Shown here piece by piece: positions 37,801 through 63,603 of a stretch of 64,000 nucleotides of DNA. The stretch is from Nymphaea colorata. Its lineage: Eukaryota. The notes below the pieces were generated by a model that saw nothing but the letters and a program-made list of their open reading frames with translations, made no database searches and was not told the DNA's origin. The stretch's first letter is position 1; every line of letters starts with the position of its first letter. The position numbers and the translations under genes are program-made. The stretch lies in assembly GCF_008831285.2 (NCBI RefSeq), contig NC_045138.2, positions 29,698,001 to 29,762,000 of the forward strand, given 5' to 3'.

Positions 37801-40218
37801 CTTAGGTTGAAATTTCAAGAAATTGGTGGGAGTAAGAAGGGGATAGCATTTTGATACAAAAACTTGAAGATAGCCATAGTCGGGTGGCTGTCTAAACAAT
37901 TTTTTAAAATGAAATTGGCGATTTAACTTAATTGTCGGAAGCCGATTAATAATATATATGGTTGTTATACAAGCATCAACCCAAAAGGAAAATTTTAATC
38001 TTGCATCATGCATCATACTGAGGGCAGTTTCTACAACATGTTTGTTCTTGCGCTCTACTATTCCATTCTGCTCAGGGGTATATGGACATGAAAAACGATG
38101 TAGGATTTCATTCACCTCAGAGAATTGTCGCAACTCATTATTATAAAACTTTCCTCCATTATCTGATTGGATAGTGGATATGTAATATCCTAGTTGCTTC
38201 TCCACAAGTAATCTGAAATTTTTGAAGCATTCAGCAACGTCAAATTTGGCCTTTAATGGGAAAATGTAGGAGTAACAAGAAAAGTTGTCCACAATGAACA
38301 GAAAATATCTGAATCCTGTCTCTAGCATCCATGGGAGCTGGTCCCCAAACGTCTATATGCAAGATTTGTAATGGATGAGTAGCAATGAAATTCATAAGTA
38401 GGGAAAGGTTGTTTGTGAGATTTTCCAATGATGCACAATTCACACAATCTAGAACCTTTGGAGCATTATTGAAATACAGCTATGCAAATAAAGAAAGTTA
38501 ACAATAGTCTTATTTGCATGGCCTAATCGCCTATGCTACAAAAAAAAATTGTGTAGAATTAGAACTTAATAGAAACCAGCTATTAAACGTTGCTGCTCAC
38601 TACTTCTGCCTTCTCTTGGTGCAGAGATAAGATATAGTCCATTATGTACCTTTGGCCCCCGAAGTAGTACCTTCCCCATTTGTAGTTCCTCTGTAATAAA
38701 TTTATGGGGTAAGAACTCAAATGTGCAGTTATTATCAGATGTAAACTTTTCCACAAATAATAAGTTATGAGATATTCTAGAAACATGTAATTGAGCATAA
38801 AAGAATTTTCATCCATATTAACAAATAAGTCTCCTTTATGACAAATAGACAGATAAGAGCCATTACCGATCATAACACCACTTGCTCCTTCATGTGTTGT
38901 TTTGTTTTTCATCATGTCTTCATTGGCTACAATGTGATTTGTAGTGCTAGTATTGATACCAATATTCTTCTGCAATTTCTTGAATGTTCATAGCAAAGAA
39001 CACTTAAGGGATATCATAGCATGATCTAGCATAATATCCTATTCTGCTACAATACTGACATATGATAGGACTTTTCTGATAGCCTTTTTTGTTAGAATCA
39101 TAGTTGCGTTGGGATTGATATTGGTGTTGCCTTGACCTTGATTTTGAGCTTGTTGTCCTCATCCATATTCTTGGAACCAACCTCTTCCACAGCAGCCACC
39201 ATAGCCGTGATAGAATTTGCGTCTTCTTCCTCGGTTGTGGAAGGCACGTTCACCAGTTGTGTCATCTTTTGAGATATATCTCTTTCAAGCAAAGGAGACT
39301 AGAGTAAATGAAATCATTTTGCTTGATTAAGAAGAAAATCAACCAGCTGTTGTGTCATCTTTTGAGATATATCTCTTTCAAGCAAGGGAGACTTGAGTAA
39401 ATGAAGTCATTTTTATTGATTAAAAAGAAAATTAACCAGCTCTGTGGTGGTGATTTTTGAAGGGTGGATTCCAGCAGTAAGAAGAGTTATGAAACTTTTG
39501 TATTCTACTGAAAGGCCGTTCATAACAGGCAACGTGTCTCCCAAAAATCTGATTCTCTCCAGATAAGTCCTCATACTCATAAATCCTTTTCTTATAAAAT
39601 GCAATTCCTTTTTGAGAAGCACTCGCAGTGGATGCTGAGAGCCATACGCTTTTTTCAAAGTAGTTCAGGCTGATGACGCTCAAACAATTTGACCAAGAAC
39701 AGTCATTCACTGTAGCTTTTATCCAGCTGAGAGCAAGATGATCAGAATTGCGCCATTGCTTATACTTTAGATTGGGATCAATTTTCCCATTGGTAGACAT
39801 AGTTTTTGATGGAGCTGTTCCATCCACATACTCAAGAAGATCCTGTGATTCCATCACTTATTCCAGCTAACTTCTCTAATAAAGATAGTTATCTCCATTG
39901 AGCTTAACATATACTAAAGCGTTGATGGCATTCCTTTGAGTAGCAGGGATAAAAGAGAAAACGGATGCCATTAGTCCAGAAGAAGAAGAGGGCTATGATA
40001 CCATGAAGAAAAAGATAATTCAATAAACTTTATTTCTTTCCCCCTTTTTTTTTACCATGGTTTACAACTCTATATATAATTTACAAATGAGATAATTATG
40101 TTAACAACATTAAATGACATCAATAAGAGATTCATAAGGTTTTCTGTTTCTAAATTGTAAATCTGATCATAAAGACTCATAACCACTTGCTATATTTTAG
40201 TCAGGGATTTCCTCGAAA
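30438..40218 (-). mobile_element. Ty1/copia LTR retrotransposon B, degenerate. 5' LTR 40218-40004; 3' LTR 35759-30438, interrupted by element A
   Basis: PBS reverse complement at 39991-40003. Gag (QDLLEYVDG...WRNSDHLALSWI), integrase (HIDVWGPAP, QSDNGGKF, SCPYTPEQNGIVERK), RT (KWVYKLK, LLVYVDDLIITGS) and RNase H (TDADWA, HTKHIEVNFHFVRD) occur in copia order with many frameshifts. Flanks gtgag/gtgat. Confidence 0.9.
31258..35574 (+). mobile_element. Ty1/copia LTR retrotransposon A, degenerate and lacking gag. 5' LTR 31258-31504 (duplicate at 30505-30757); 3' LTR 35334-35574
   Basis: TGTTG...TACA LTRs, PBS TGGTATCAGAGC and PPT GAGGGGGAG. Protease FDSGATHHMT, integrase HSDVW/RSDNAHEY/QNGVVERKNR, RT LLVYVDDMIVTG and RNase H DADWAG/HDRTKHVEIDRHFIRE. 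Contains stops and frameshifts. Flanks tttta/cttta. Confidence 0.93.
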
Positions 40219-40344
40219 GTGATAGCGTACTCGAATGGATACGGACGATCTCCGCAGTACACCGCGAACGCAGATTGCTGAAAAAGTTAGGGAGGACCTT
40301 CACAGTTAACAGAAATATATGTGAAAGAAAGCTCTTGTTTGCCT

Positions 40345-41385
40345 TCAAATTTTGCTAGTTACGGCCATCCATTGCCTTGCAAGGGCCACACGCTCCCCGG
40401 TCGCCTTCTTCCTGATCTCCACCACCACGGCCCACAGCTTCCCCTTGTGTGTCAATGCCCTGGACTCGATCTCCACTTCCTCCTGCACCATTTCAATTTT
40501 TACCATACTATTCAATCTATATGTTCAGGTAAATTGCCAGGTTAGAGCGTTATAGGCAGGCCAGAGAATAAATCGATCGGGGGATCAGTTCACGCTCGGG
40601 ATAATGATATATGGGAAGAACAAAGGCTCAAGGACCGCCATTGTAAGCTGTTAATCATGGCAGCCGAAGACTTTTCGCCCATCTGCTTTTCTCTGTTGCC
40701 CAGAGATTTGAGCTCAGACTTGGGACAATAAATTTAGATTCACCAATTTAAATAAAGAATCGTGTCAGATTGGGTGTTTTATCAGTTTCTTACACTTGTT
40801 TTGACCTACATTATTTGAGATTCGACCTGACCTGCGGTCTTCGTCTGATGATCTTATCTGAAATATAAAACTAATAGGATCGGTGACCCATGTTTCTGTG
40901 AACGACTCCTTGTGTAATCAGAACTTCCGGCTCATTCCAAGGAGAGAGCGGAAAAAAGAGAGAGAGGGGGGGAGATCACCTTGGCCGCGACCTCTGAGAA
41001 GTAAGAGATGGAATATTCCACGGAAATTGGGGTTGGTAGGTCATACGACATAACGGCAAGGGCGCACATGTCGTCCATCAGCGTCGCCATGGCTCCTCTG
41101 CTCCACTTCCCTTCACTGTCCTTTCCTCCCCAACAATCGAAACCATGAGTCCATGTCATTTGAGAGCGAGCGAGCGAGCGAGAGAGAGAGAGAGAGGAAT
41201 ACCGTGACCGATCTGGGGACGCAGAGGGAGCAGACGAAGCGGGCGCGCTCGGTGCGGACGAACCTCAGGCCGGCGATGGCGAGGTACTCGTGCGTCCCTT
41301 CTTTCTCCGCCAGGCATTTCACCGACTCCAGCCATTCCCTCGCCCTCCTCACTCCATCTTCTTCCCTCCCATTTCCCCCCTTCAT
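40345..41385 (-). CDS. ACOT13: Acyl-CoA thioesterase 13-like hotdog-fold protein, copy B. Exons 41385-41203, 41120-40980, 40482-40345
   Basis: MKGGNGREEDGVRRAREWLE...RFVCSLCVPRSVT|DSEGKWSRGAMATLMDDMCA...|EEVEIESRALTHKG...VALARQWMAVTSKI*. Exons 2 and 3 have the same lengths as in copy A (141 and 138 nt). Confidence 0.88.
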
Positions 41386-42234
41386 CTCCCCCTCTTCTTT
41401 CCTTCCTTCTGCTGCCTTATCAAAAATTAAGGCAAGAAAATAATTACAAGGCCGAGTAATGGACTCCTCAGGAAAAGGACGGGCACCGAAAACGCGGACT
41501 TCTTTCATTTCTACCTACGAGCCACCTCACCAAAAGCAAAATTTCCAAGCCCTTGTCGACGTTGTCGTTTGCCTTGTGCAGACAAGGCAGCACAGCAATG
41601 GCCGATCATCTCCCCTTCGGTCCCACCCCGGATGATCGCGTTCTTCTCTGATCTCCGGAATAGGACCCCGTCGGTGGGAAGTGGAGTCAAAACCAGCAGC
41701 TGCCGGAGAAGCCACGCTTCGTGGTTACCCGCTGGCCGGGTGGCGACTATTCTTTCGTGTGCCGGATTGCCTCCCCGGATTTTTCATTTATACTACCACT
41801 TCTAAGCTGTAATCCCAGTTCCTCCTCATTCAATTTGCATTTACCAAATAAGGGTCCATTTCCAATGATTGCCTTATCGTTGTTTGGTTTGACAAAAGTT
41901 TTGCCATACACGATTATCAGAAAATGAAAACATGATTTCAAGTATAGAAAAAAAAAAGCAAAAATGCCTTTTCTCTCTCCTCTCTCGATTACTGCGGATT
42001 CCGTGTAACCGTGTTCGGTGGCAGCCATTCCAGATGGCCGGCGAAAGCCCTAGGAGCGGCGTGGCTCCGGCTGAACCTAAAGTGAGTTTCCTTTGTTTAC
42101 TCTCTTTTTAAAGTGCTTGTATGATTGTGTCTTAACGTAGGTTGCAGCGGCCGAGACCTGGGCAACCCTACTGCAGCAAACCCAAGGTGTGTTCTGTTTT
42201 GTTTGTTTGTTATTTTAACACAGGTCGAACAGAG

Positions 42235-42308
<74 letters not shown>

Positions 42309-43053
42309 TCCCTTCAGCCAATTTTTCCGGCTTGGCTAATTGAAGATGTGACAAAAAACATAAAACAAAAGGAAAAGGAGTTAACCGGACGATCTACAAC
42401 TACTACTTTTGATATAATACATTTTTCTAAGGGGCAGCTTGATTAAGGAAAAAAGTTTGCTAAAAGGCTGGACTTTTGACTTCTACGTTTGGTTTAACAA
42501 AAATTTAGCCATATGCGGTTATAAGAAAGATCAGAAGCTAAGATTTTGCATGTCAATAAGAAAAATAAGTGGATTTAATCACTTTCAGAATAACTTCTAC
42601 CAAAAGTTTTGACTAGCTAACGGTGAAGTATATAAAATCATGGCCATGAAGAAGAGATAATACAATGGATGACTTGTAACCCCAACAATTATGCGCTTGC
42701 GACCATGAACAAGAGATCAGGAATGAAAGTCGGTTTGGGTAGGGATCGGATTAGACCTAAGCAGTTCTTAAACAGATCAAAACTAATCCCAAGATTACCT
42801 TTAAATAAATTTTCCTGTTTTTCTTGAGAAAACTTTCGACTCAGGGGCATTTATCACTGTAAGAACAGATTTTTTGCGCCAACATTTAAATTCAGTTTAA
42901 ACAATAATATAAGAGTTGCAAGCGAAGTTGGTCGCTTGCCATTAATAAGAGAAACGATCACATAGTTATCAGCAATAAGCCAATGGAAGCTCGCTCCGAT
43001 ACCATGAAACAAAAAACTCAACCACAACTTCAATGGGTCGGTCAATCTTCTAA

Positions 43054-55800
<12,747 letters not shown>

Positions 55801-56952
55801 GTACGTCTGTGTTTACGTATATATGCACGTGTAGAGGAGGGAGGGAGGAAGGGAGGGGACGGTGGTTGGTCGGTTAGTTGGGCGTCATGAATGGCCTCCA
55901 TCTCGCCCCCATCAATGCCTCCGCCTCCCTCTCCCTCTGCTTTAAACCAAAAGGAGGACTCTCATGACTGCTGCCGCCGCTGAGCTGCTTTCAATTTCTC
56001 TCTCCATTTCTCCGGCAGATGCCGTTGGCGGTCATTCACTGCCAGTGGCGGGGCGAAGTGGAGAGGCGGGACGACGCAGACCGTAGGGTTCGACGGATCT
56101 AAATCCCGTCACTGGGTCGGGTCTTTGGCTGTTCACGAGCCAACTTCGAGTCTACCCGAGCCCTCTTTTTGAATCCAGCTGATTTTTTTAGACTAAAAAA
56201 ACAAAAGAAAACCATCTTCTTATCATCTATTACTTCTCATATATTCATATATTCAAATTTTTTAATATGAAGAAAATTATGTACCATATATTTTTTTATT
56301 TCACAACCGAATTCGATTTGGAGGGGACGTTTAGTTCAGAACCAAATCCAAATTTGACTTTTAAGTATAAAACCCAACTTGAACCCCATTATGATATGTT
56401 AAGAACCAAAATGAATATATATTAGATGTAAGATATTATTTTAAATGAATTTGAATCTGAAATCAAATCTGATCTGATATTTGTACTTAAAACTAAACCT
56501 GAACCCGAATTAATATGATCCAATTTCATAAATGGGGGTTTTTTTTTTTGGCATTTGTTAAGTATTTCTGTCAGATATCCTATTTGAATCCGATTTATTG
56601 ATGTCCCATATATTTTTTAAGAAAAGTTCGAATAATTTCTCGGCTTACTTCTAAACTGGTCGGACATATTTGATGATTTGATCCAAATTGTAACCATCGT
56701 TCGTATATTCAAATCATTAGGCATCCTGATGTACATTCGAGTCGGTCTATGTATTTCTTATTCCAGATTTGACTTGGAATCGGGTCAAGTTCAAGTCAGA
56801 TCTGCTTTGGTCTAGAACCAAGAAGTACACAAATTGTACGTATAACAAGATCCTTTTTTACCCTTTCCTTCGAATCTAATACTGGAACGTAGGTTTGGAT
56901 TAAGCTTTAACCTCGAATGTTAATATTTTGAATCCCTTACGAGGTTGTTTAC

Positions 56953-57104
56953 GAGGTTGTTTGGTAGCATAAATACTATATGAATGTCTCATAAATCGGC
57001 CTTGAATCTATTAGGCTAGATTTATGAAATATTAGTTATAATGTTTTATGAATCCACTTCAATGTTTAGGATAGATTCATGGGACACTGCCGCCAAACAA
57101 CTTC
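56953..57104. mobile_element. Tourist-like MITE
   Basis: TIR GAGGTTGTTTGG/CCAAACAACTTC and a 3-bp TSD TAC. The left end is locally duplicated by 12 bp. Confidence 0.7.
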
Positions 57105-59815
57105 TACAGGTACTTCCCCTTATTCTTGTTGCTTTTGGAAATTTTTAGCCTTGTTCACATTTTTTTAGTCATAATCTTAAATATTTACCTCATGTTTTTC
57201 GTTTTGTCGTAAATATGAAAAAGTGCTCCAATTCAGTACTTTTTATGAGTTGGAGGAAATCTCACCGCTTAAGTGAAGGCCAAAAACTTTCCGGTACTAC
57301 TTCATGTACATCATGGTAATGCTCCCGCTATGCAACTTGGATACTGGTACCCCTTTACTTCTAAATAATCTCCACGGGATGCATTCAATTTTACCATGCC
57401 TTGTTTAACTTGTCAACAATTTTTTCAGAACAGAAAAAATGATTATTAAATTGCAATAGTGTATTCAGGTTAGTTCAAGATCCAGTCACCAAAAAGATTC
57501 CAAATTTGTTGAACATAACAAACTAAATTTGCTGGTCAACGGGATCAAATTGATTACCTTTTGAATTAGGGGTGAGTGGGGGTTTTGCACGGCCCGATTG
57601 AAGGCAAACCCTCACCCAACCCTTCATCCTATAGGTAGAAAGTCTTCTTTTGCAGGGGTGGAGCCAGCATCTTTTTTAGGCAGTCCAACTTTTGGATCTG
57701 AATGTGAATCCAAACAATACATGGCGCAACTAAAATTTTTTAATTTTTTCAATATAATTTTGTTTTTCAATTGGCTGGGGTGGGCATGACCTAGGTGGCC
57801 CTCCCCCTCCCTCCCCCCCTATTCTTTTGTGTTTTGAAGTACTCATCCCGTCATTCTTTAACTTGTCTGTGAGTCTTTCTGTTGCAATATAAAGAGTTGT
57901 TGCCCTAGTGTTTTGAAACAAAAACTAGCAACCAGGGGCAAAGACATGATTTTTTTTTATGAGGGGAACTGAATTATAGTTTCAAAATTTGGATAGGAGC
58001 TGAAATATCATTTTTCTAAATCTTTGTATAGAATAAATGAAATTTTCAGATTTTATATGCAATTTTAAGAAAAAAAATTGAATGGCTGGGGGGGGGGGGA
58101 GGCCAGGGCCCCTTTATTGTGCCAACCTTCTCAAAATGATAACCTTTTGATTCAAATTAACAAATTAAAATAATAAAACAAAAAAAATTAATAATAACAA
58201 AAAGTTTCACATATCTCCATTAAATTATTAGACCGGCGGCTGCACATCAAATTAAAAAGTGTTGGATTTCAAGTAGGATCAGTGGATTCCGGCCGATTTC
58301 TATGACACATTTGTGTAGTTTTTTATGGAGCAAACATTTTGTGCACCACCATAAGGTTTGGATTATTGAAACTCTTGTAATTTTGTAAAACTGATTACCC
58401 TAAGTCATTGGCCCTAAGGGCAAATGGTTGGGGGCACAGTGAATGCACGTCTACAATTCGAATCTGGCTACAGCTCATTGTACCATAAAGGAGGTAGGTC
58501 CTACATGCAAGTTGAAGCCTGCAGTAATCTTACCATCAAGTACCATCGCACCGTTGGACCCTATGGGTAAGGGAAAGGAAGGCGGCTTCGGCTCTTGCTC
58601 GGGTGGTGAAGTAACTCTCTCGCTCACACCAATGGCTCTAATTCATTGTGACATGATCTGATCAACTATGACAACTCAAAACAAGCAACCACTTAAAGTA
58701 AATTTGCTAGGTGGATGTGGGTCTATGTGTAGGTGAAGCTGTTCACTGCATTATTTATGTCGTAGGTGTAGGCACACCTAATTCACTGCACTATTTGTCT
58801 CCTCTTGTGAAAATAACTCTATGGCTGAGTTGATAGCCTCGGATTTCAGATACGAAGTGCACGACATGCGCCGAGTTGTGAAACTTATTGTTTGTTACAT
58901 TCATAAACACAAAAATCACGGAATTGTGGTCCAATCAAGAGAGAGGGGACGATGATAAATCCACACATTTAAGATTTGTATAGATCTTAAATCAATTTTG
59001 GATATTTGAGATCTAAGGCTATCAAACACAACCTATATGAATATATTGTCCTTCAATTCTTCGAAGGAGAACATGAGACTCAATATATACCTAGAATGCA
59101 TTTCTTGGCCGACACTACAGTGGGGATATACTAAACCAATGTTACATCGGAAAATTTTACATGTTAGCAAGGTGCAGTTTCCTTAGAAAATTGATGAAAG
59201 TTTCTTTTTTTTGTTGTCTGTCTGGCTAAATTCGCATATAGCTGTTTAACTTGATCACAAATAATTGCCTAATTCTATAAAATAATTCACAAACACATAA
59301 TTTAACATGAACAAAATTGTTAAAGTGCATTTTAGTACAAGAAAAAAAAGCTTCAAAGTAAAGTGCTTCTAGCAATACGTATATCTTTTGTCAGTTTTTC
59401 CACCATTTTGCACTTCTATTTGTTGCGGCTTTAGAGACAAAAAGCAAGAGATGTTGAGAAGTAAAGAAAGCAAGGGACATGTGAAATGGCATAGAATGAA
59501 CTTAAAATGCAGCTTATGAAATTCTTTTGAAGAAGTCATCTTTTTTACTAAGAGCGAAGCAGTTTTTCATAGTTTGTTTTAATCTTCTTCATCATAGAAC
59601 ATGTGTTTATGAACTATCTTATGAAATCAGACCATTATGTGTAATTTCTCAAATGTTAAGCGGTCATCCATAAATATGTTAAACGTTAAGCACTTGTGTT
59701 TAAAAAACAAAATCCTCCAGACCTTGATTGTAATTAAAGTGAGGGAAATGAATGAAGCGATAGTGATGAAAGGGTTGCTTCAGCTTATTTATTCACTGAA
59801 TTACAACGCTCTGGG

Positions 59816-60264
59816 TAAGGGCGAACAACGAGCTAGAGCTCGAGCTCGACTCATTAAAGCTCGGCTTGTAAACGAGTTCGAGTCGAGTCATTTGCTTAAT
59901 GAACTGAGCTCAAGTTCATGAGTCGACTCGTTCAAGTAATCGAGTTGAGTTCGAGCTCAACACGTAACCATCGAGTCGAGCTCGAGCTTCAACCAAGTCG
60001 ATATATTCATACGAGTTTATGAGTTTGTCGAGCCGTAATCGAGTCTAGCTCGAGCTCAACACGTAACGATGAATATCAACTCTATTCAAACGAGTTTGTC
60101 AAGCCTTAATCGAGTTGAGCTTGAGCTCAACACGTAACGATGAGCTCGAATTGCTTCCGTCGAGCTATTCTCGAGCTCGAGTCGAGTCGAGGTCAAGATT
60201 TCATTAGTCGAGCTAAGCTCGAGCTGATTGAACTCGGGCTCGACTCGGCTCGTGTTCACCCCTA
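59816..60264. mobile_element. hAT-type MITE with GAGCTCGAG/TCGAG subterminal repeats
   Basis: Termini TAAGGGCGAACA/TGTTCACCCCTA. Flanks gctctggg/actcaggg (6 of 8 match). Confidence 0.8.
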
Positions 60265-60828
60265 ACTCAGGGCGGTCTCCAGTTATATCTGGCCTTCAAT
60301 GCATAGAGCTAAGCAACCTGCCACAGGATGCATGCGGGGCCTGATCAAAGGAGTTCTGCTGCATGTCAGTACCATTGGGTAAGAATTGAATACATGGAAA
60401 TAAATATCCAGGATTAAACCTACCAAGTACTTAGTACAGCATTTTTTTTTAGAATGTTTATTATACATTTCATTTACCCAATTTGTTTGATTTCACCTAA
60501 CTTTTGTTCTAGGTGTTGGGAAGTTAACAAACATCCAGCATTAAAGTTTTACTTGTTCAGATGAAACCCAGTATTAAAGTTCTACCTATTCAAGTGGAAT
60601 TTTAGTGCTGGTACTAAAGTTCCATAATAGCTCAAAAACTCCGGCAGTCGGAGCCTTTTATTAAATTTGAACTAAAGTTTCATTTCCACAATAAAATTCC
60701 ATGTGTTACTGTGGGCCCTAGTTAACCAAGTGAGCCCTCTTGTAAATTGAGTATGGCAATGCATTAATTATTCTCAATTGTACTTCAATCTCATTTTGTG
60801 GGTTAAACTAATATTATATATAGAAGAA

Positions 60829-60905
<77 letters not shown>

Positions 60906-61722
60906 GAGAGAGAGAGATAGAGCCCAGTTACCGCTTCCATTCTTCTGACATCTGGGATTGATGGAACAAATATTTTTGCCTACACAGATGGTTCATAGCT
61001 ACATCAGAGCTAACGCTGTTACTGCTGTTTCATTGGTCTACCCTTCCAGGTAAAGTAGAAGAATGTTAATGTCCTTTCTGTTTCACCTTGTTCTGCATGA
61101 TTGAAGTAACATCAGTTTGTGTCAACATTTTCTCATCATTTCTAGGAATTGCACAAGTTATAAGGTATGTTATATTTTGCATCTGATTCTTGCATTATTG
61201 CCTCTGTTGTCCATAATAAACTAACAAAGTGTGCCTGCAATCAATCTCGGTAGCCAGTGGACAAGGTATCAATAACTCGCCATGTAGTTGATGTTTTTGG
61301 AATTTCTTATTGATACTTCAAGCAACAAAAATGATTGCATATGTAAATGTAAATCTCTTTCTCTCTCTCTCTCTCTTTCTGTATCACTCACACACAGATA
61401 TACATTATACATTCAGATTTTTTCTTGTTGAAAAATAATTTCAACATTCATTATATCTGCTGTCCAGGTGTCTGCCCAGATTTCATCCATTTAGGTCGTT
61501 GTAAACGAATTCAACCATAGGATGGATGCGAAATGTCCAAAACTACAAATTAAAGAAATCATAGTGCAGATGGGTTTTATAAGGATTTTACTACTAATAT
61601 TTAACTTTGTTGTCTCATAAATTCCAAACTGGGTGGATTTTCATGAATTTCTTTTGTTCTTGCATTCTTCGGCATTTCAAATCCATCTATGTGCTTCCAC
61701 TTTTTGAAAAAGGGATGCTCAA

Positions 61723-61757
<35 letters not shown>

Positions 61758-62554
61758 GAGAGAGAGAGAGAAATTGGTAGGTACCACTCATTCTGTGATC
61801 TTTATCTACGTCTCACTCATTCTCTCTCTCACTTACAGCCCTAATCTGTGCAACAACTGGTTCAACGGTGGATGCTCTGCAACAAGAATGTCTAACCTCC
61901 TCTCCCTCTCCCTCTCTCTCTATCTCATTTGTCTCCTATCTCTCTTCTTTTGCTATCTTCGTCGCTGGATCTGTAGCAGAATTGAGTGGAACTCTTCGGC
62001 TCTTTTTCATGTATGTACACATCCTAGACTTATAATTGTTTGATGAAATGTCATTGTGCATGTCCACAGTTTTTTTATGGTTTTTTTTTTGTCATATCTG
62101 AGATTTTCCTTAACATCTTTTATATATATATATATATATATATAATGTGAAGAGTATTTTGGATTCTGATTTTTCAACTGAGATGGAAGGTGTTTACATG
62201 TTACATAGTATTTCACTTTTTGTGCTTAACATTTTTGTATAGTCTTTTACCAATAATTGCCGACCTGATAGAAGGAACAGCTACAAGTTACATATCTTGT
62301 AGATATGTTGACCAGCAAGAAGCAAAAGTTTTCCATTTGCATCAGCTTTTAGTGCACTACCTTTTAATATGTAGATCCAAAAAGGACAGCTCAAAATTTG
62401 GAACTTGAACTTGACAGTTTAATGGGCTAGGCACCACCTTTACTAAGTTTCAGCTTGTGTTTAAATATTGTTTTTTTTTTCCATATAGAATCTGAATTAT
62501 ATCTTGTAGCTTTTAAAACAAAAAATAAAAAAGACTTATCATGTTATTTGAGTA

Positions 62555-62910
62555 CTGGCCGATATGGGACTGAATCAATATGGGTGAAGGATGTTCCTCC
62601 AAGGGCATAATGGTGTTTCTATTTGGCATCTATGGACAGGTTTCTCTCTCACAACAGATTGCAATTTTCTAATATAAATCTTGCCAGCAGATGTGCCATC
62701 TGTGGAAGGGATTTGGAATCACCAGTGCATGTGTTTTTGACCTACAGCATAGTTAAAGGAGTGTGATGTTCACTAGGTTAGGTATTTAATATTGATGCAG
62801 ACATGGAAATGAGAAGGAAGCATAGAGTTAAATGGATGTCAAGAACTTGGAGATGACTTTTCCAATAACCATTTGGAAGGGGAGAAACAAAGCGGTCCAT
62901 CAAACAGGTC
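62555..62910 (+). mobile_element. Degenerate L1-type LINE 3' fragment (zf-RVT region)
   Basis: Translates to IWVKDVPPRA*WCFYLA...RLQFSNINLASRCAICGRDLESPVHVF and later ITIWKGRNKAV, the typical IW..VPP / CxxC..E...H / IWK.RN pattern, with stop codons. Confidence 0.7.
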
Positions 62911-63603
62911 ATGTTTCTAGTGCAACTCTTTTCTTTAATGTTTTGAATGATGTCAAAAACATAGCTCTCAATGCTACTTGGAGCAGAAAATGTCAAACTG
63001 AAATTCTATTGTAGTTTAGATGGGGTATTGCTCCTCGTCCATCGCCAGCTTATGGGAATTCTGAGCTGATTTTTCAAATTGCATGTGCAGAAGATGGGCG
63101 TTGCTTATGCTTGAGACACAAGGATGGCACTCTTCTTAACACTGGTTGTTACGTTAGAACTTTGAATAGAAGGTTTCAGGTTGATGAAGCTGTCTCAGAG
63201 CCCTTGTTTTTGTTAGACATGTACATAGACTGATCAATATTGGTTTGGGGCAAAGTAAGTAGTGTTCTTGTGTCAAAAAAGCTATGGGAATGCTATGTAT
63301 CGGAGGAATGGGATGTAGTTTTGTTGTGAATAGGAATTGGTCATTCCTTGTTTTGAATTGTAACCCAACTAGGGAGACTGTAGGTCTGCTGGATAAAATT
63401 TGTAATGTTTTACTCAGCCGGTGTGTGGGACTCTTGCCCAGCATGATCGATCATCAAACCAAGGGAGGAATTTATTCAAGTTATTGAAATTTGTCTAAAT
63501 ATATCAAATATAGCCTTTTGAACAAGTCTTCCGTCTCTTCCTCTCTCGTTTGTGCAGCGGCTTCCGTTTGGTCGGCGTCCCTCGGCCAGATTCGTCCAAA
63601 TGG

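Noticed and set aside
41800..42220. Possible solo LTR between ACOT13-B and AAE13
   Set aside because: It ends in TAACA, but no matching start with a target-site duplication could be found.
59820..60260. GAGCTCAACACGTAAC repeats as a CRISPR-like array
   Set aside because: Eukaryotic context and irregular spacing; the repeats lie between hAT TIRs and are subterminal repeats.
60980..61500. A series of splice-like signals suggesting a lncRNA or gene remnant
   Set aside because: No coherent reading frame or recognisable homology; it would need transcript data.
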